Source: Octopus sinensis
Taxonomy: Eukaryota
Length of the DNA: 64,000 bases
Assembly: GCF_006345805.1 (NCBI RefSeq)
Contig: NC_042997.1
Location: 187,984,001-188,048,000 of the forward strand
Direction: 5' to 3'
Shown here piece after piece: positions 37,248 through 48,905 of this stretch. Made by a program: the position numbers and the translations under genes. The notes below the pieces were generated by a model. It searched no databases, had not been told where the DNA came from, and worked only from the letters and a program-made list of their open reading frames with translations. Position 1 is the first letter of the stretch. Each line of letters opens with the position of its first letter.

Positions 37248-40200
37248 TTGAATGAGTTTTAAAAGAGTAAATCATGTTTTAACACTAATGTCAAGTACTT
37301 TGCTAACCCTGTTGATGTTCTATAGATGTTCATACTCTGATGATAGAATGATTACTGAGACAAAATTTCTTGCAAGTTGAAATTCAGAATTTTCTTTTCA
37401 TAACATATTTTAACATGAAAGTGAACCCCCAAAATGCTTCTCTCATTAGAAAAGGTATTAATGGTTGTCACTGACTCTCATTTGTAAGGAAAAGAAGCAG
37501 CAATCCTCTATGAGCTAAAGAGAGTGTCAAAGAGTAATGCAAATTACAAGTTAAGAAGCAGATTAAATAGTGAGAAGAGGGAATTAGGACCATTGCAATA
37601 CTCAAAGCTATAGATTTTGAGTAAGTGACACTAAAACAAATTCCATATTAAGACATACACAATCTCTTTTATGTCATTTGATCAAAGTATCTAAAATGTT
37701 CACTGAAAATGGAAGCAATAATAGCATAGAAATTCAGGTGTAAAACTAAAATTTAAAAAAAAACTGTGACAATTATCCCACTATCTCTCTCTCTCTCTTC
37801 ACGCAAAGAATAGACTGTATGAGGTGCACATAAAAGATAATGTTTATTTGAAACATTGGAAGTTAGTGTAGAGGAAATGCTTTTGACTGACAAGGAATGA
37901 CTTAATTATGGGCTGTTGAATGTTCAAAGTTGATTTACAAAGAAGGCTGAATGCAAGTGATAATTGAATATAATCGTAGATTTCAAGATTAATGGTAGCC
38001 AGTATCAACAGCAGTCAACAGAGTAGAAGCAAAACATGAGGTATGTTATGCTGATATTTTAGATGAATAGGACTGAGAATAGCAGCTCTGTTCATTTTAA
38101 ATAGTGATTTTTGAGTACCAAAAAATTGTCTTAACATGTAATAAAACAAAAACAGTATAGTTCCAATATTTCTTTAATGATTTTAAAGCAGATGTTCAAA
38201 ATTTTGTGAATTTCTAAATTGCATTATAATTTAACAGATTGAATCAAATGACAACCAAACCTTTTTACCCAATAAAGTTAAAAAGAGAAATAAGCTAAAT
38301 TGCATTAAAGCCATAACCATAAAGTTTCATCTCCAAATGTTCTACTATTTATTTAAACATCTAATGAAAATAGAATTTAAATGAACACAAAATACAAATA
38401 ATTTCATAGAATATGCAAAGATCAATTCATTTAAAAGTTTATTATTAAAGCAAGATGGAGAAACAAACTGAAGGCAAGATGTTTGGAGGACTGAGATGGC
38501 TGGAGACCTCACAGGAAGACTCATCGGAGGACCTCTTAGATATACAAAAATATGCTTACATTTTGATAGCAATTGTTTTCTCTCCATAGAAGACAGTGAT
38601 ATGAATAATTAGTCAAAGGGAACCTCTGCATATTCAATAAATTGAGATAGTCACGGCTGGAGTGCCTGTGGTCATAGATCTGCTCAATCAGAGCTGATAT
38701 GATATTAAACAATTCTTTAGAATTTCAGAAATTGTTTAGAAAACCATTTCATATAGCATTCTGTATATATTACTTAACATGAATATACTGTAGAAAAGTA
38801 CACAACTGTGTATCCATCTGTAGACACTAAAAAGCACATAAGATTATCAGTAGCAGGCAAAAAAAAAAATCATTTTTCAACTCAAAAAATAAATTTTCAT
38901 TCTTAATAGAAAAACTTTTTATATTTAGTTTTGTTTAAAATGGATATTTGATTAACAGTATGACACCAATAAAAAAATAATAAAAATCAACAAATACGAC
39001 CTGACCTGTGACCAAAAATATTTGAATATCTTTTTTAATGTTGTATGTTATTTGAACAAAAATTGAATATATGAAATCAAAGCACTCAAAATAATCAGGA
39101 AATACAAGGTTTAAATACAAGATTTGCAGTAAATATTTTCTAAAGCTGGAAAGAAGTGATAATTGAATAATTTTAGCTATTTTAACATTTATAAAATAAT
39201 CCTATTAAAAATATATTATATTGGTTCCTGAGATTTGATATAAGTACTTGGTGTAGGTATTTGTCCTGCAGTTATCTTCATAAGACTATGATATGGATTG
39301 ATACAAACTGACATAATTCATTTTAGATGTAAGCTTCATTAGCCATCTTCCAGGATTAATTAGTTTCACTCCCTTAAACTTAGTTTTTTCCTTAAGATTT
39401 TATTTTTACCTTCTCAGCAAGTGACTAAGCTTTTCACAAGTCAGTGATGTAAAAATAATACCTTCATGAATGGCTAAATTATACTTGTGTTTGTTATATT
39501 ATCATAAAGAGTATTTTACAGATGCTTTTATATAAATTATTCAGTTTTAAAAATATTTGAAATCAAATTGCCAACTACAATTACAAAGTTTGATTCCTAA
39601 TTCAAAGAAAAATATAGATGGATCAAGTAAAGGATAATGTATGTAATGATGAACGTAAAAGACTTTTAATTGAAATTTTAAGAAAGAAACCAAAAATCTA
39701 GCAGTTAGTGACTCTCAAAGAACAAGAAGACCACAAAAATATAAGTATGTGAATTAACATTCTTGTAAAATTAATTTTTAATTTCTTGAAATTATTTCCC
39801 TTTGTTTTACATGTAACTAATAATTAATGCTAGAGTACTTTCTCTAATTAAGAGGTAATTTTTTTTATATATTGAGAATTTTTTTCATATATCATTCAGA
39901 ACATCATTTCTTACCTGATCTGTCTAAAATTCATACCATTGGCCTTCTTGAACCATTTCCTTTGGCTCATTCTATTCAGTACAGTGTGGTCAAATGTTAC
40001 CTAATAATCTCATACAGTCAGGTGAAGTTATGAACTTTACTATTTTTATAATCTGTTTTTATTTGGACCAATATCTGTCATTATGGCAATATGTACAAGA
40101 ATTAAAAAGGCTCTTTGTCTTAGTTCCTTTTGCTTTCTACAGTGACTTGTTGCTGCTCAACAGGATATAGTGACCTGTTGCTGCTCAAAACACTGGCTGT

Positions 40201-41329
40201 TATTTCACTCACATTTTAATTTACATAACAATACACATTAAACTGAAAAATCAACTGCTACATTTCTATTTCCATCAGGTTGCAAATATGTATGTTATTT
40301 TCCTTTGTGTTACTTCTGCCATATTATATGTGATCATCAATGTGCAAAATGCAAAAGGAATAGTAATTTATGAACAAATCTATAGTTTCTTACAATATAT
40401 AAATCAACAATGACTTCTATATATGAACAATTATATATTTCCTGCAAAGACATACATAAACCTTACTTTTATCATTATAATTTGAAACTTATTTTTTCAG
40501 GCATGAACAACTGTCCACTTTCAAACCTGTACATCAGACCCTGGAAGAACTCATGCTGTTTAATTACCTTAAAATTATGGAAGAGTCTATCTTTCAAGTG
40601 GTATTTTGAAAATATAGGAAAACTCATACAACTTTATCATTATCTCTAAACATCCTTAAATTTAAACGACACAAAGCAAACTAAATTCTATGATCAAGCC
40701 AAACCCTACATGCTAAATCAAATTGCTCAGCTTTTTGGATTTGATAAATATAAGTAATATAACAGGATAAAAAGATATAATGTAAAAACCAGATTCATTT
40801 TTGATATGTTGAATTCTGAGCTCACCAGAACTCTGTGGTCAGAATTTTGCTCCATCAAAGCAGATTGAGAGTATTTGATTAAGTTAAAAGAAAGATTGAA
40901 AGAATTAGTATTAAAAGAAATATTAGTTACAAAGAAGTATAAATACATATAAGAAAACTGTAAATAATAAAGTTGAGTAATGAAGAGAGGGAAGACATTA
41001 ACAGAAAGAAGTGGAATTCAAAACTTAACTGGTTTTATTTTCTGTTAGAGCTGTTAAAACAATAATAATAATAAACTCTCACTTACTTGGTTTAATAGGT
41101 TCACAGTAATATTCCTGAATTGTATATTATCCATTTGGTTAGTTGTTTCAAACCAACTGATCCATCCATCAATAGACAGATAGTAAAGAAAGTAGAGGCA
41201 ACTGTTCCCACTCCGGGACAATGTATGTAAATTTAGATTAAGATCGTATCTATATAGCTCATTCAGCTTTCTTGAAGCTATCAGTCTTGTTTTTTCATCC
41301 ATTATTAAATATTGTTGAGTAATGCTTAC
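36447..41329 (-). CDS. Multi-exon protein-coding gene of unknown function (about 354 aa from the ATG at 41302; probably mostly helical)
   Basis: Hand-assembled AG/GT-bounded exons with open frames and matching phases: 41329-41087 (0>0, VSITQQYLIMDEKTRL...NLLNQ), 40000-39915 (0>2, VTFDHTVLNRMSQRKWFKK...), 39139-39006 (2>1, KYLLQILYLNLVFPDYF...), 38714-38560 (1>0, LFNIISALIEQIY...WRENNCYQN), 37178-37076 (0>1, LVGNSSAVSVL...HDSYA), 36929-36819 (1>1, CIISMTQNF...WILINL), 36706-36447 (1>stop, YIREAGFASYGQNIF...TILSFV*). From the ATG the coding length sums to 1062 nt before TAA. The ATG context ATA-ATG-G is Kozak-like. A GTAAGT at 36450 could instead be a donor to a short terminal exon, and extra exons cannot be excluded. 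Confidence 0.75.
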
Positions 41330-41954
41330 CTACAAATAAATTTTCAACAACAAAACTTTAAGAAGATAGACAAGAAATAATATTTCTCTAAAATGTTTTG
41401 TCTTTTAACTGAATGATGGAATAAAAACATTTCAAAATCAACAGAATCAAAATAAATTTCTCAAAAAAAGAAAAAAAAATGTCAGTTATTTAGTTGAGTA
41501 TAAATTATGACATTGATAATTAGTAATACTCTGATACTGCCTTTCTATTTGACATAACACTATTCATTTCACCAGTTTTTTATGGCATTTTTTTTCAGAA
41601 GGGGCACTTACTGACATTATATACCAAAATCTTTTGTTATTTTACTGTGTCTAAAAACAGTTCTTATTGTTAATTTTCTGAAAATATTATTTCAACCTTG
41701 AATGTGTTTTCTGTTTGCTTTGAAAGTAATACAATCAGTTAATTATTATCAAACACTTCTAGGTACATATAAAAATGCCTCATATGACAGTTTACCTACT
41801 TTTTCCAAGATATTTTCTACCAAAATATGATGTGTTCTTGAAAAAGGGCCTAGGTTTTGCTGGGTAATTTTGAAACACTTTTTCATTTCATCCACTCAAC
41901 AAATAGTGACTAAACCAGTTGCAACAATTAGGTTAAAATGATATACTGACTTAC

Positions 41955-42979
41955 CAATCTTTTGTAATAAATTCTAAGAAAATGATACGGATCTTTTCGG
42001 TTTGAATGGCAGTTTTTTCTAGCGGTGTCATATGAAATTGTCACCCATAATTATGACTCTAGTATCAATCTATTGCATTTCAATCTCTTTTAGGGTTAGG
42101 GGTGGGGGGAAGAGTATCTTTTTTTTTTCTTCAGAAACGTAAATAAACCCAATCTGTTTCTTAAACGAGGGACATATTCATAAGGCACAGAATGTTTTCA
42201 ACTCAATAGATGTCATTGATTGGTTGAAATTGCAGAAATTGAACAACAACAAATATCTTACAAACTATAGAATTTTCTCAATAAAGCCAAGAGAAAAAGA
42301 TGTTTTATAAACACGTTCTACCAGTATACGAAGTCTAAAAGTGTTTAGTTACGTGGAAATCATTTTAAAAAACTGCCATTCAAACCGAAGAGATCCAATG
42401 ATACAACTATTCACCAAAAGATTCTACTTTACCATCCTTAAACCAATGGGGGAACTTCTACATAATTGTTCGACTTGCAAAGAATAGCAGTCAAATCTCC
42501 ATCATATAACACTCCAAAGAAAGACACAATGGATAATAATGTAGACCTAGAAGATACTCCTAAAAAGACAGGTCAGTCATAGCTAGAATGATTTTTTTCA
42601 TCATAGGTTTGCTTGATTAAGGTTGCTATCTGTTGCTTCCCACATATAATACTTAACTCTCTTAGAAAAGAAGAACAAATTGGATAATGCATTCCTATGT
42701 CCACACTCTACCCAGAAAAAAGACAGGATGGAACAACGAAAATGTCTTGGATCACATGTATGCTTGATTAGTATTGACATGGGAACGAACAACTTTGCCT
42801 ATCACCAATGCAAACACCAATAGCTCAGATATCAGAAACTTGATGCAGTGTACTCTAATTACCAGTCTGCACACTACAGGGTTGTGAAAGATTAGCCTAG
42901 ATGAGGAACATGTCAAAGTGTTCAGCTGACAACTTACCTAAGTTCTTCATGATCTGTCTTGTTGAAAAGTTCTTCTCCC
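41955..42979 (-). CDS. Two probable upstream exons of the same gene: 42979-42938 (42 nt) and microexon 41973-41955 (19 nt); coding or 5' UTR
   Basis: Both have TAG acceptors and GTAAGT donors. Phases 2>2 and 2>0 join in frame to exon 41329, giving GEELFNKTDHEELRIYYKRL-VSITQQ. No upstream in-frame ATG was located. Confidence 0.45.
41989..42396. mobile_element. MITE (408 bp) with about 30-bp TIRs and 8-bp TSD, Merlin-like
   Basis: TIR GGATCT(T/C)TTCGGTTTGAATGGCAGTTTTTT; TSD AATGATAC at 41981-41988 and 42397-42404. GG termini with an 8-bp TSD fit the Merlin superfamily, but hAT or P are not excluded. Confidence 0.85.
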
Positions 42980-43239
42980 CTATGTATTCCCAAAAGGCAT
43001 TAAAATTCAGTAACTAACACTAATTACACGGATCTGAAACCCATCTATTTATCGTGATATATAAATCAGCGAGGAGTTGGAAATAAAACTGAGAATGGAG
43101 GAAAAAAAGGTGAGAAAATTTTTTTTTTAAATGGAAGAAAGGGAGAGAGAAAGAAAGAGGTGATTAAGGAGGAAAGGGGGAGAGAAAGAAAGAAAGAGAG
43201 TAAAATGAGTGACAACGCAACGGCACGAGCAAATATCAA

Positions 43240-43322
43240 AAGCAGACGACACGTTGTAGAATATGACCAACTGTAACAAGCAGACGACACATTGTGTCAC
43301 GTGACCCCACCCACCCCACCCC
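43240..43322 (-). promoter_or_regulatory. Promoter-like region with palindromic GTCACGTGAC (CLEAR/USF E-box), a GT-box and a duplicated 13-mer
   Basis: GTCACGTGAC at 43296-43305; CCCCACCCACCCCACCC at about 43305-43322; AAGCAGACGACAC at 43240-43252 and 43278-43290. Locally CpG-rich and directly upstream of the minus-strand exons. Confidence 0.55.
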
Positions 43323-43446
43323 ACCGAAGAAACCAGAAGCCAAAAAGAGAACCTTTACATGGTTGCTCGAATTGCTAAAAATAGTTCGAATTGCCCGAAA
43401 AGTTCACCCTATTGCAGCGGGTGTGCCTTGTCGATTTTTATAAATA

Positions 43447-43836
43447 CTAGCAGTATAGCCCAGCGTTGCTCGGGCTTGTTTTCTTTTCGACCCTTTAGAA
43501 TTGGAATTTTTGAAAAGTAAAAATTTTGCATTATGTAGCTTGTTATTCTCTTTAAGTGAACATTTTTCTGGTTGAAATACACCGAAAAATGACGACACAG
43601 CAGTAAAAAAATCGTAAAATATAGGGATTTTCATAGAAAAAAAGCACCTTTCTGATGTAAATAATTTAACATGGTCCGATTTGAATTTTTTCTTCTACGG
43701 AAGGAAGAGCAAGCCTTCTTCTATCATACTCTCAATTTTGGTCAACTTGCGCCGCAGGGTCTCGGAGGAGATAGTATTAGTTGAAAGCTACCAAACCTGC
43801 CATACACAGACAACTTCAGCTTTATATATAGAGAGA
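43447..43836 (-). mobile_element. Non-autonomous Helitron (390 bp)
   Basis: A|TC start, hairpin plus CTAG|T end; near-identical to 46703-47097. Confidence 0.88.
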
Positions 43837-43972
43837 TTAATTTAAGGCTTTAGAATATATTTTCTAATACTTGATCGTCTGGAAAACCGTGTTATTCATA
43901 ATTTTGATGGGCGCAATTTTGCTTAACACAATAAAGATTTGATTTTCGATACCTTTTTTTAAAAATCTAAAT

Positions 43973-44040
43973 CAGTGGTTCTAAATCATTTTTTGTCTAT
44001 TATTCTTGTCGGTTATATGAACCCCAGTTGAGAACCACTG
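43973..44040. mobile_element. 68-bp hAT MITE
   Basis: Termini CAGTGGTTCT / AGAACCACTG; 8-bp TSD ATCTAAAT on both sides. Confidence 0.85.
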
Positions 44041-44999
44041 ATCTAAATGTTTAACCTTAAACCAGCTATCATTCCAGGAACAGTGCGCCAGAATTTTTAA
44101 ATTATATTTCTACTGTAACACAAAATCAAAAAGATCGAGATCTATTACCTTACCATCTTGAAAAAAAAGAAGGATTTACAAAATAATATAGTCGTAGATA
44201 TACTATGAATAAAAAAAAAATACTGGGTGGCCATGGCGAGAATATCTTTGATCAAAGTTTGCTCAGTCTGAAATAATTGCAGCTAAATAAAAAAAAACGC
44301 TACTTAGTTTGCGGTAAATAGTTTTACTGTAATTCCAGTGAATATTAAACAAGTTTAAAGAAAACATTTGAAAAGGAATAAAAAATTACATTTGTCAATT
44401 AGTACAGGGTTGCACAGTAACGTCATAACTAGTTTACATTACAATTTTCTGCTTCAACTTTCTTATGAACTTGTGGATTAAATTTCTGTAAATTAAGAAG
44501 TTGAATGAATTGTTGCTGGCAATTTACAGCTAGATCGCTTTCCTTCAAGTTTATTCCCACATCGCAAATAAGTAGTGCATATCGAACCAAAGTGTGAGTT
44601 TCTAAATGGTTTACTCGACCTACTAGAAATAGCAGTCACATTTCCCTCAAATAACACATACGGTAGATCTTCATAGTTCGTCAATGAGGAATTAAGTTGT
44701 TCGATCAACTGAACAACTTGTTCCCGAATTAATGTGTAAGTGACCCGAGCATTCCACAGACACGCGCACTCTTCATGTAATTCACAGACAGAATCAGCGT
44801 GACACCTTTTGAATTACAAGTACAATCCACCAGACGAGTCTTCCTCCATACGGTTTCTGTCTGCCCACAAACATGGCATAACCCAAAGCTTAAGAAAATT
44901 ATATTTTTCTCATAGTCGTGATTGAGAAGTAAACTTTTTAACCATTTTACTATGCTGTGCCTACAAATTACAGTCTTCAAAAAGGGTAAAACTATAGAT

Positions 45000-45271
45000 T
45001 AGTGGTTCTCGACCAGGGTCCATATGGTCCGTGGGGAACCACAGAGAAAACAGTAAAAAGGGTCCCTGAAAAAATTTTCCATTATATGTATTGGTATGTA
45101 TTGCAAGAAACAGCTAGGTTTCTTTCTCTGACATTTTACATAGTTCAACCTACACAAGTTGATGTGTGAAAAAGAAAAGAGGAAAATTGGAAGAAGCTTC
45201 TATAAAGCTAGTTTTTAAACATCGAATGGCTATGGTGGTCCACCAGAATAAAATATGGTTGAGAAACCCTG
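45000..45271. mobile_element. hAT MITE (272 bp)
   Basis: Termini TAGTGGTTCTC / GAGAAACCCTG; 8-bp TSD CTATAGAT at 44992-44999 and 45272-45279. Confidence 0.85.
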
Positions 45272-45731
45272 CTATAGATAATGAGAGGATATCAGGAATT
45301 CAAAAAACCTCGCTCTCTTGACAATAACGATTAAGGAGCTGGGCAAACACCATTTAAGATGGTGTTGAAGAAGCTAAACAACCACTTATTGTAGGAAACA
45401 GAAGACGATAATGGCGATGTCTTTCGAATTAGGGTTAGTATCAGTTTCTTGCTGAATGACCGACCATAGTATCAAGTAATTATAAACAGTCGCAGCATAA
45501 AGTGTTGTAACGGGTAAATATTGACTAGGTACACAAATTTATCCGTTACAGTGCATTTAGGATGCTAAAGTCCTTGTTTGCAAGCGGGGAGCAAGTCGAG
45601 TGTTTCAGAAATGTATAATAAAATTTTCGTTGTTGTTGTAATTTCACGACGAAATTAATGTTAATATTTCATTTTATTTAGTACAACTTACGACTTTATC
45701 AAAATAATGCAATATTTTCATATTTTGATGG

Positions 45732-45806
45732 AGGTAAAGAATACGCACACCACCCGTTTTCGCCGTAACCCTAATTTTAAACACCGGGTGTGCGTATTCT
45801 TTACCT
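45732..45806. repeat. Perfect 20-bp inverted repeat with 35-nt loop
   Basis: AGGTAAAGAATACGCACACC at 45732-45751 and its reverse complement at 45787-45806. Confidence 0.9.
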
Positions 45807-46702
45807 TCGCCCAATTTTTTATCCACCCAGCCTTCAGTTTTTCCAAAAGTTTTCACCTTAGTTGAGGTAGTGATTGAATTCCCGCTCTCCAACGCTAAAT
45901 AATATAGCCTAAATAGCCCTAAAAAGTGGAATTATCGTGGCTGAAAGGATTTGTTCATAAGTCTGTACAATCAAAGCCGTCTAAACAACAAGCAGAACAT
46001 ATATTATTAACTCAGTTGACTGAAGCAGAGGAAGTACAGAAAATAAAGGAAGTCACGAAGTTCTCAGTTGCTCACAATGTGTGCTTTAGTGCGTGTAAAA
46101 AAAACTTGACACGTTGAATAGTAAATGGCGTAACTTGTCTAGTACCCTAACCGATTCTGTTTCCTCATAGCTTTCTTAATAATAATAAATCTCTGAACAG
46201 TAACACCCACCCCTAGTGGTTAGCCATATTGAGATGGCAAATATACCTCACATTTCTTAATAATGCTTTTTTTTTTTTTAATGAAGTTTTGTGCAGATAC
46301 ATTTCCGACGGCGTACATTATTATTATTATTATTATTATATCGATGAATTTTTTAAAAATTCATCTTTTTTCCCCCTTATTCTGAAAGAAGTCGGTTACT
46401 TTTTAACTATTCAATAACTTATTTTGCATATGATCATTGCCCAACGTAATATCAGTTAAGAGAAATGGGGCACGTTGTCGAATATCTTCCAGAATACTAT
46501 CGATGTATATAATAGGCTAAAAGTAAACTCAGAAAAAACCCTTTCATTATGTCACTCAATCTAATGTTGATTAATGCATATCATTAATCAGGATCAGGGT
46601 CGCCATTCATCAAATAATAAACACCCAGATTATTTGCTGCAAAAAACCCAGATCCTATTTTATAAACCAAGATGTTAGGAAATAGGTATATAATTGGTAA
46701 TT

Positions 46703-47097
46703 TCTATATATATAAAGCTGAAGTTGTCTGTGTATGGCAGGTTTGGTAGCTTTCAACTAACACTATCTCCTCCGAGACCCTGCGGCACATGTTGACCAAA
46801 ATTGAAAGTAAGATAGAAGAAGGCTTACTCTTCCTTCCATAGAAAATAAAATTCAAATCGGACCATGTTAACACAAAAAATTATTTACATCAAAAAGGTG
46901 CTTTTTTTTTTTTCTATGAAAATCCCTATTTTTTACGATTTTTTTACTGCTGTGTCGACATTTTTCGGTGTATTTCAACCAGAAAAATGTTCACTTAAAG
47001 AGAATAACAAGCTACATAATGCAAAATTTTTACTTCTCAAAAATTCCAATTCAAAAGGGTCGAAACAAACCCGAGCAACGCCGGGCGATACTGCTAG
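46703..47097 (+). mobile_element. Non-autonomous Helitron
   Basis: TC(TA)nAAAGCTGAAGTTGTC start and CCCGAGCAACGCCGGGCGATACTGCTAG|T end. Confidence 0.88.
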
Positions 47098-47149
47098 TAT
47101 GTTATATGACAAAAATAATACAGAATTTAATACTTACTGTATATCATGT

Positions 47150-48486
47150 GGCAGCTAATTGACAATTCCATACATATCCACATCATCTTCATTCACTCCT
47201 TCAATGGTGAAAGACTCGTTATCTTCCTTTTTGAAGTTCAATCTGCTCGTATATCTACGATGACAAGACCCATCCATTACATCTTTAATAAGTTTAGCGT
47301 TCGGCTCCCAAGAAATGCATGCCGCTCTCTGTCTAGCAATTACTTGCTTAGCGAGTAGACGGTCGGTGGAATCTTTTTTCTTTCGTGCCAACAACTCTTT
47401 GTATCATATTGAAGTCATTTTGAGAAAAGTAAAAAGTTAAGTCCTTTAAAAAGGACTCGAGATAGGAAGGTAACACCTTCACTGCATGACTTGAACAAAG
47501 TGCAAACGAATGGCAAATACATATTTCTTTATTACCCACAAGGGGCTAAACACAGAGAGGACAAACAAGGACAGACATAGGTATTAAGTCGATTACATCG
47601 AACCAGTGTGTAACTGGTACTTAATTTATCGACCCCGAAAGGATGAAAGGCAAAGTCGACCTCGGCGGAATTTGAACTCACAACGTAACGGCAGCCCATT
47701 GTAAATAGTCGGAATATCGTTTCTCAATAACTTTTGAAACCCGCACTTGTTATCCATTATCGCTGGTAAATCCAAATATGTTGCTCATAAATACGTCTTC
47801 TTTTGTTAGCGTAGACTTGACAGCATCGTACAAACCCTGAGACGAATCATTTTCTACTACAATTGCATCCAGAAAAGCATCATTGACATTAAGCGATTGT
47901 TCATCAAAAAAGCAAACAATTATTGCTAAGATTTGTGTCACTGAGATGTCCGTACTCTCAGCTATCAATAATGAAAACTTTTGTTTCTTGAGAATTTCCA
48001 AGATTTCATTTTGTCTATAATGTGCAATTCCGTCTTGCATAATGTACTTTTTTTTTTTTTTTTTTTTCATTTGTAGATTTTTAGCTATTTCACTATCGGG
48101 AAAGGCCTTTTTACAAATTTCAGCTAAGTGGTTTATATGGATGAAAGGTATATGATGTTCAGCGACATAACCTATTAGTAACAAATCTGCCTTAACTACT
48201 TTTTCATTTAATGTATCATGTTTTTTTTTTTAACAACAAATGAATCTAATTCAATAGTAGATTTCGCACAATCAAAAGCTTTCTTGTGTTTGGCAGTGTT
48301 TTTATGAAGTAACAGCATTGATTTGTTAGCATTTTTCAACACAGAGTCGCAACAAACACGGTAGCAGGTGTCAGGACTTTTATCATCTTGCCGTAAATAA
48401 TCTTTAAGCTCAGCATCCTTCAACCACGACTTCTTGAAATTTAGGGTGTACAACTTCCTCTTTTTGGATACACTATTGTCTGCCAT
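47150..48486 (-). pseudogene. hAT-superfamily transposase pseudogene (ZNF862/KIAA1586-like) interrupted by a SINE at about 47515-47695
   Basis: N-terminal zinc-finger-like FKKSW...C..C...H.NTAKH, FSLLI.ESTDIS..QILAIIV.FFD, FTSDN and ICHSFALCSSHA..LPS.LE motifs; frameshifts at poly-T runs. Confidence 0.85.
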
Positions 48487-48669
48487 TACTTCGCAAAGGG
48501 CTACAAAACAAAAAACACACGCTCAAAATGTTGAACAAATTTTAAATCGCGAGTTACAATCGAAGCGTAGACTATTCAACAAAGTAAAGCTGTCAACTGG
48601 CGGTGTCAGAGTTTCAGACAAGTGCAGAAGTGGGCCACCAACTTGTAGTTGCCCGGTATGGTACAAGTA

Positions 48670-48905
48670 TAAGGCGGCGAGCTGGGAGAAGCGTTAGCAC
48701 GCCGGGCGAAATGCTTTGCGGTATTTCGTCTGCAGTTACGTTGTGGGTTCAAATTTCGCCGAGGTCGACTTTGCCTTTCATCCTTTTGGGGTCGATAAAT
48801 TAAGCACCAGTTACGCACTGGGGTCGATGTAATCGACTTAATACCTATGTCTGTCCTTGTTTGTCCCCTCTATGTTTAGCCCCTTGTGGGTAATAAAGAA
48901 ATAGG
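48670..48905 (+). mobile_element. Full-length tRNA-derived SINE; sister copies at about 47515-47695(-), 52262-52490(+), 54905-55090(+) and 61060-61300(-)
   Basis: GGCGGCGAGCTGG...GTTCAAATT...GGGGTCGATGTAATCGAC...AGCCCCTTGTGGGTAATAAAGAAATA. Confidence 0.9.

Noticed and set aside
38560-38714. RFP-x10-W spacing reminiscent of the FANCC N-terminus
   Set aside because: One short motif recalled from memory, at a different relative position, with no support from neighbouring exons; needs a profile search.
39410-39485. Open minus-strand frame YNLAIHEGIIF... ending at an AAG|GTAAAA donor
   Set aside because: No good acceptor in the required phase, and the flanking exons already join in frame without it. 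Could still be an alternative exon.
39899-40610. Plus-strand exon-like frames (EHHFLPDLSK..., HEQLSTFKPVHQ...)
   Set aside because: They do not form a phase-consistent chain, and the first overlaps a minus-strand exon that does.
41087-41329. Resemblance of the exon 41329-41087 peptide to the luminal N-terminus of HGSNAT, prompted by the CLEAR motif
   Set aside because: Downstream exons lack the RLRS.DTFRG motif and the multi-pass transmembrane pattern; the similarity is only a few residues.
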